Source: Octopus vulgaris (taxonomy: Eukaryota). From it: a DNA stretch of 64,000 nt. Below, piece after piece: positions 56,673 through 64,000 of this stretch (position 1 is its first letter; each line of letters opens with the position of its first letter). The stretch lies in NCBI GenBank assembly GCA_951406725.2, contig OX597832.1, positions 56,668,001 through 56,732,000 of the forward strand. The letters are read 5' to 3'. The notes beneath the pieces are model-generated. The model was given only the letters and a program-made list of their open reading frames with translations, was not told the origin of the DNA and ran no database searches. The position numbers and the translations under genes were made by a program.

Positions 56673-57101
56673 CATTTAACATCCGCTTTCCATGCTAGCA
56701 TGGGTTGGACGATTTGACTGAGGACTGGCGAACCAGATAGCTGTGCCAGGCTCCAATCTGATCTGGCAGAGTTTCTACAGCTGGAAGCCCTTCCTAACAC
56801 CAACCACTCTGAGAGTATAGTGGGTGCTTTAATGTGCCACGGGCACGAGGGCCAGTCTAGCGGTACTGGCATCATCCACACTTGAAATGGTGCTACGTGC
56901 CACTTGCACAGGAATCAGTCCAGCGGCACTGGCAACGACCTTACTCGAATGTTTTGTTCATGTGCCAGTAAGGCAATGCTGGTAACGATCATGCTGAAAT
57001 GGTGATTTTTATGTTCCACTGGCACGGAAGCCAGACAGCTGCTCTGGCAGTGATACCATTCAGATGGAGCTGTTAGCGCTCCACTGGCACGGGTGCCAGT
57101 C
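56673..57101 (-). mobile_element. Family C copy with about five tandem units
   Basis: tttaacatccgctttccatgctagcatgggttggac followed by repeated gtgccac/ggcacg units. Confidence 0.82.
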
Positions 57102-57357
57102 ATTAAATTTGGTTCAATTTCAATAAATGATCTAAATTAAATTATCTAAATTAAAACCTTGCATCAGATTGCTCGTTAATTTGTTTTCCCACACCAAATT
57201 TGTTGCCTAATCAAAAGAGAATGACAGAACAAGTAGCAGACTTCAAAAAAAAATTTAGCACTGAGGTTGATTTGCTTAACTAAACCCCTCAAGGTAGTGC
57301 TGTATCATGGCCACTGTCAAATGAAAGAAACAAGTAAACAATTAAAGGTAAAGAGAT

Positions 57358-57527
57358 AGGTGTAGGAATGGCTGTGTGGTAAGTAGCTTGCTTACCAGCC
57401 ACATGGTTCCGGGTTCAGTCTCACTGCATGGCACCTTGGGCAAGTGTTTTCTACTATAGCTTTGGGCCAATCAAAGCCCTATGAGTGGATCTGGTAAACA
57501 GAAACTGAAAGAAGCCCATCGTATATA

Positions 57528-57576
<49 letters not shown>

Positions 57577-57796
57577 GTGTATATGTATATGTATATGTGT
57601 GTGTGTGTGTGTCTGTGTTTGTCCCCCCAACATCGATTGACAATCGATGCTGGTGTGTCCCATAACTTAGCGGTTCGACAAAAGAGTCCGATAGAATAAG
57701 TACTAGGCTTACAAAGTCCAGGGTTGATTTGCTCGACTAAAGGCAGTGCTCCAGCATAGCCACAGTCACATGACTGAAAGGAGTAAAAGAGTAAAA
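57358..57796 (+). mobile_element. SINE family A, full length
   Basis: aggtgtaggaatggctgtgtggtaagtagc ... gagtaaaagagtaaaa. Confidence 0.9.
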
Positions 57797-58635
57797 TAGA
57801 CAGCAATAGAGGAGATAATGTTATAAGCAAAAGTCTGAGAACAGCAAAAATAATTTTTTTTTTATTATGCAACAGCAACTTGACATGCTTGTGGTTCTTT
57901 GGAAAGAACAAAATAAAAACCAAAGTTTTTTTTTTGTCACATGGCAGTCTAAGAGACAGAAAGAATATAAAAAGAACTGACAGGAGTCTTGTAAAGAAAG
58001 ACAGCTGTCATTCAAATGCTTCATCTATGTCATGGAACATTTTCTGCTAAGCCAACATCTTGTTTCAGAAATCGACTCTTAAACATTTTTACCCCCGTCA
58101 TCGTAATAGTGTTAGTGAGGGGAAAATAAAGTACTTGATTAAGCACACACGCCATTAGAAATGATGGCTACAGTTTAGAAAAAAATAGAATGCAAAAAGC
58201 CAGCATTAGAAATGGTTAAATTAACGCAAATCTTGTAAATTTCTTGTTTGCAGTTATATTCCTCAGTTTAGCTTCCATTTTTCCATGTTTGCAAAAATTG
58301 GAAAGAATTTACTGAGGTAGATTTTTGACAGCTGGATGCCCTTCCTGTCACCAACTTTCTAAATGAGACAGAATATACCAAGGTAGATTTTCTACAGCTG
58401 GGTGCTCTCCCTGTCACCAACTCTCCACCAGTTTCAAAGCAAAACGATATTTCTCCACTACTGAACATGTTTTCATGGAAGGCGGGAAATAGGGGACACT
58501 GTTTTAAGACAACGAGATTCAAACATTCACACCAAGCATGCACGTATGTGGGTGAAAGTATTGACTACCCCCAATCAAAGTTACAAGCCTTCTGCCTAAC
58601 TCAGAAACCATTCTTCTTCCTCTTCCTATTATTAC

Positions 58636-58677
<42 letters not shown>

Positions 58678-58686
58678 CATTATCAT

Positions 58687-58733
<47 letters not shown>

Positions 58734-58776
58734 TTATTATTATTATTATCATCATCATCATTATCATTATCACTAA

Positions 58777-58823
<47 letters not shown>

Positions 58824-58824
<1 letters not shown>

Positions 58825-59190
58825 CACCTCTGCCTTAGCGATGGTGGAGGTATTGTTTTCAGTCTTGTTTGTTTGTTTGTCTGCAGACATGATATCTCAA
58901 GAACCATTGGATGGATTTGGATGAAACTTTCAGACATGTTTGGCCTCATGACTGGCACAAACTGATTAGATTTTGGGATCAATCTGGTACTGGACAAGGA
59001 TTCTGGCTTATTTTTCCTGTTCTTTTACTTAATTTTTGAGAGTGGTCGAGTTCATTTTTAGTATTCTCATTTGTGAGAGCAGTCGAGTTTACTTCAGATA
59101 TTCTCATTTTAAAAATCATCGCAGGCTAATTGTCGAGAGGGACATTAGTGTTGCCTTGGTGGAGGTTTGTGCTCTCTGAGTGCTCTTGTT
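58824..59190 (+). mobile_element. HINE/DINE-1-like element, second copy
   Basis: acctctgccttagcgatggtggaggt, (gttt)n, ...ggtggaggtttgtgctctctgagtgctcttgtt. Confidence 0.7.
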
Positions 59191-59216
59191 ATCATTATTA
59201 TTACTATTATTATTAT

Positions 59217-59695
59217 TGAGTGATAGAGCAGTACATGCCATCAAAGTGACACTGGTGTAAAATATTTGAAGCCCAGTATACTCATCATGACTACCCGTCT
59301 GATAAGGGTATACTAGGCACATGCATCACAACCCTTTGTGCGTGTCATGGTGATCTCATATCAATATAAACAGCACGTGACCTTGCAGGGGCCCAGTTAG
59401 AATTTTCTTCTGGTCGAGTAACCCATCCTGCTCAAAAGGTCCCTGAATAAGGGTTGTTTAAGGATGTTGAACAAAACACCCATGTTTCCAGAAGTGAATT
59501 ATTCAATCCCCAAAGAATCCCTCTCAACACATGGCTATGATGATCCCCAACTACTCCTGCTTATGATCAGAGATACACATATCATCAGCCACAGAGGGAC
59601 ATGCTCAACTGGTTAAGGTCAAACAACTGACTAGCAAATCTGTGGTATTGAGCAGAATATTTGTTATAGCCCATCTTTTATACCAAGACAAAACA
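59217..59695 (-). mobile_element. Family D (AAT)n-tailed retroposon 3' end
   Basis: Longer copy of 48861-49091, abutting (TTA)n. Confidence 0.7.
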
Positions 59696-59789
59696 TTATC
59701 ATCATCATCATCATTACCATCTTCATCATCATCATCATCATTATTATCATTTTCATTATTATGATTATGATTATTATTATTATTATTAT

Positions 59790-59990
59790 TGAGGTGGCAC
59801 GTCAGACAAAGTGCTTAGCTGCATTTTGTCCAACATGTTCTTCTGAGTTCAAATTCCAGCCAGGTCAACTTCGCCTTTCATCCCGTTGGGTCGTTGATGA
59901 AATAAGCATCATTTGGGAACAGGGGTTGACGTAATTGACTATCCCCACCTCTGCCCAAAATTTCAGGCTGTGTGTGTTTAGTAGAAAGGG
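59790..59990 (+). mobile_element. SINE family B, degenerate
   Basis: ttctgagttcaaattcc...gcctttcatccc...aaatttcagg...agtagaaagg. Confidence 0.65.
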
Positions 59991-60109
59991 TTACTTCTAC
60001 TACTACTACTACTACCACCACCACCACCACCACCGCCGCCTCCACCACCACCACCACCACCACTGCTGCTGCTGCTGTTACCACCACCACCACCACCACC
60101 ACCACCACC

Positions 60110-60155
<46 letters not shown>

Positions 60156-61009
60156 TTACTACTACTGATAGTGGGGGGAAAAGGGAGCAGTGAAGAAGGA
60201 ATTGGTAGAGTACAGAACTTAGCTACAGGCCTAAACACACACACACACACACACACGCACATGGAAAGAATAAAAGTAAAAGTTTGGTCAGAAATTTGAG
60301 GAATAACAGTTTTTTTTTGAGCAGATCCATTCTCCTATGTAACTTGTCTAAGATTTTAGCAATCTGTCCTCACTGCCATCTTGATCATCATCCTCATTTT
60401 CACGTCCACTTATATAAATTATGAAATCTCCGTCCATTGTTTTGTTTTCGTGTATTTATACGGTCTAAAAATAAAACATCCACAACATATATTTAGCACA
60501 CACGTACACACACACATATGTACACTTATGCAAGCAAACATACCCTATATACGTATATGTATGCATTACTTTCCCAGGGTTGGCTGAAGAATGTGAAGTT
60601 CAGATAGTTTGTGACACAAGCTGGAGACCAATTCTCTCTCCAATCAAGTCAAATTTGACATCGCTTTAAGCTAATTATTGGCACTATAAATGCAAGGAAA
60701 ATGGGGTCAATTGATGTTGCTGAAATGTCAGCTTTCCTTTCCAAAGTTACTTGGTTCTCATTAGGCACCCTCCAAAAAAAAGGAGAGGGAAGATTACAGT
60801 CTAAACGCTAGAAGCACTGTTTCCAATTATCTCAGTGGATAGTGTAAGGAATTAGGAATTCCATTTTACAATTCCATATTGAGAACAGTAACCAACTACA
60901 CTCCATCTAAGTAGTAACACCAAGGAATATCATAAACAACAGACATCTAGAAAAATGAAGATTCATGAGTCCTAGATTTAACCATTAAAACTGGATGTAA
61001 ATGGATATA

Positions 61010-61558
61010 TGAGGGGGAGTCAAAAAGTAATGCCATTTTGTTTAGGACAGGTATAATTACCAACTCAGGAACATGTATCATATATCAAAATGAAGCTGGT
61101 CCTCTGTGGATAACATTCCTACTTCTCAACATAGTCACCGTTTCTCTCAATAGTAATGTTCCACCTTCAAATGAGAGTATGTATCTCTGCCCCGTAAAAT
61201 TATGTTGACTGTTGTTTGAGCCACTTCTTCACTACAGTTTTCACTTCCTCGTCACTGGACTATCATCTCTTCGGCCCCATGAAAGAGGGTTTGAGAGGCA
61301 AATATTATTCCAGTGACAAGGAAGTGAAAACTGTAGTGAAGAAGTGGCTCTAAGAACAATCAACAGAATTTTATGGGGCAGGGATACATGCTCTCATTCG
61401 AAGGTGGAACATTGCTATTGAGAGAAACGGTGACTATGTTGAGAAGTAGGAATGTTTTCCACAGAGGACCAGCTTCATTTTGATATATGATACATGTTCC
61501 TGTGTTGGTAATTATACTTGTCCTAAACAAAATAGCATTACTTTTTGACTCAACCTCG
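61010..61558. mobile_element. Palindromic mariner-derived MITE, second copy
   Basis: TA-tgagggggagtcaaaaagtaatgcc ... gcattactttttgactcaacctcg-TA; arms encode a decayed mariner C-terminus (EGLRGKYYSSDKEVKTVVKKW...). Confidence 0.88.
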
Positions 61559-62901
61559 TAGTTAATTCCTAGTTAACTGTTAATATGCCAACACCTCTCC
61601 GAAAAAAAGACCTACTCATAATGGTTTAATCAAAAATTATTTGTAAAAGCTGTTTGCAGAAGTATAGGCTAGTGTTCTCACAGAATTTAAAATTATCGTA
61701 AACACACTTGCTGCAATTACTCTAATCATCAATGGTTTGCCAATTTTCTCAATTTACACTTGGTCTATAGATAGATGATTTTTAGAAGTTTAAGATCAAA
61801 ATGTCTATAAATATTCGCAAAAAGAAAGAAGAAAAAAGGTAAAAGAAAAAGACAATCTTTTTATTGCTTGAAATATATTTAATTTAGATAGTGTTTTTAT
61901 GATAAAAAAAAAAATAAATGTGATTAATAAAATTTAGAGATAATCCTTTTTGAAGATGCATGGCAGAGATAACAGGCTTCTGTTTCAAGAAAGCAATCTC
62001 TGCTTCCATAATATCCAAAGTACAAAATGAAAATAAACATCTTTATTATGACTCCTACATTTTCACTCTATGTTAATCTATCTTTCTAGCTATCATGGAT
62101 TCTATATACAAAGTCACACACACTCTGTCTCTTTCTCTCTCCCACTTGTACACAAAATGCACACACAGCGGCTCTCTTTCTCTCTCGCTTTCCCTCTCTT
62201 GCTTGCACTCTCTCTCTCTCTCTGCCAAATACTCTATGCACACACAAACACACAGCCTATTCCTCTCATTTACACTTTGCCCTTTCACACTATATTTCCA
62301 GTGCCTCCATCATAACCTTCAACATTTTAAATGAAACATATTCAACCAATCTTAGCCATCGAAAACAGGGAACTGCCAGAACAGCAGATTTCTTTCTGGA
62401 ACATTCCGCCGCTAATTGCTTCTTCGAATTCTTATCAAATCAATTGTCTCTTATCTGTCTGTCTGTCTAAAGCCGACGTCTGTCAGTCGTTGACTAAATC
62501 CAAAAGATAATTCGACAGCATCTGGAGATTTCTAACTTGACTACAAATAAGTAATACCATAATACCATCCATCATGTGAAGAAGACAATTTTCTACGTTC
62601 GTTCGTATGGTTGAATAAAGAAACAATTAATGAATATTAATTGTTAATAACTTGAAACAGTTTTATTTATACTCAGGTCAGACATTTTACAGCTGGATGA
62701 TTCTTATAGCGCCATTCATTCCATCATAAAATTAATGTTACAACTTGTTTTAGTGCTAAATGACAGAGGGTAACATTTATACCAGGGCAGTTTTAGTTAT
62801 TTGAGTGCTTGCGTACGTGTGTGTGTGTATATATACATATATATATACATACACACACACATATACATATATATATATATACATACGTAGATATATATAT
62901 A

Positions 62902-63308
62902 CTCTCTTTTATTATTTTATGCATTTCAGTCATTTGACTGTGGTCATGCTGGAGCACCACCTTTAGTCAAGCAATTCAACTCCAGGACTTATTCTTTGTA
63001 AGCCTAGTACTTATTCTATCAGTCTCTTTTGCTGAACCACTAAGTTACGGGGACGTAAACACACCACCATCGGTTGTCAAGTGATGTTGGGGGGACAAAC
63101 ACTGACAACAAACATATACACACACATACATATATATCATCATCATCATTTATATGACGGGATTCTTTCAGTTTCCATCTACCAAATCCACTCACAAGGC
63201 TTTGGTTGGCTCTAGGCTATAGTAGAAGACACTTGCCCAAGGTGTCACACAATGGGACTGAACTCAGAACCATGTGGTTGGTAAGCAAGCTAATTACCAC
63301 ATGTCACT
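62902..63308 (-). mobile_element. SINE family A, near full length
   Basis: Family A tail, body and head. Confidence 0.88.
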
Positions 63309-63476
63309 TGTGTGCTTATATAATGTATACTAATTATTAATGTTAGAAGCAATATTAATACCAAACGGTAATCGTTATATCCAACTTAATTGGGATGCTT
63401 TGTTAGAACACAGAATAGAGCAACAAGGCATAAAGATTATCTTTATATACATATGAATCATCATTATCATCATCAT

Positions 63477-63790
63477 CGTTTAACGTCCATTTTTCAGGCT
63501 GGCATGGGTTGGACGGTTCAACTGGGGTCTGGGAAGCCAGGAGACTGCACCAGGCTCCAGACTGATCTGGCTTGATTCTACAGCTGGATGCCCTTCCTAA
63601 CGCCAACCACTCCGTGAGTGTAGTGGATACTTTTTACAGGCCACCAGCACAGGGGCCAGAGGAGGCTAGCAATGGCCATGATTGGTTGGTTCTTTTTACA
63701 TGCCACCGGCACGGAAGCCAGTCAAGGCTGCATTGGCATCGGCCACGTTCAGATGGTGCTTTTTATGTTCCACCGGCACAGGTATCACGA
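63477..63790 (-). mobile_element. Family C copy with tandem units
   Basis: cgtttaacgtccatttttcagg...ctggatgcccttcctaacgccaaccactccgtgag. Confidence 0.82.
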
Positions 63791-63848
63791 CTACAATAAC
63801 ATGTATATATATATATATATATATACACAAATATATATCTATATATAC

Positions 63849-63899
<51 letters not shown>

Positions 63900-63929
63900 G
63901 ATATATATATATGTATATATATATAATAC

Positions 63930-63967
<38 letters not shown>

Positions 63968-64000
63968 TTACATATGCATATATATATATATATCATACAC

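Overview
AT-rich eukaryotic non-coding window, intergenic or intronic, with no host protein-coding exon I can support. Almost all ORFs in the track are translations of microsatellites. The repeat families (tRNA-headed SINEs, extreme (TA)n/(CA)n/(TAA)n/(GAT)n density) suggest an octopus or other coleoid cephalopod genome; this is an inference. Content: several tRNA-derived SINE families (my labels A, B, E, F), an RTE-like 3'-end family with internal tandem units (C), an (AAT)-tailed retroposon end (D), an RTE fragment with a fold-back 5' inversion, an R4/Dong-like LINE 3' end, an internally deleted mariner, two palindromic mariner MITEs, two Helentron-type HINEs and other small MITEs. The most interesting signal is about eight loci carrying minimal type-I hammerhead-ribozyme-like motifs (CUGANGA...GAAA-short palindrome-UH). 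They lie in Penelope-like terminal fragments, often as inverted pairs. One element fuses a Pol III tRNA-like head to a hammerhead tail (31964-32364). Repeat boundaries were read by eye and are approximate.
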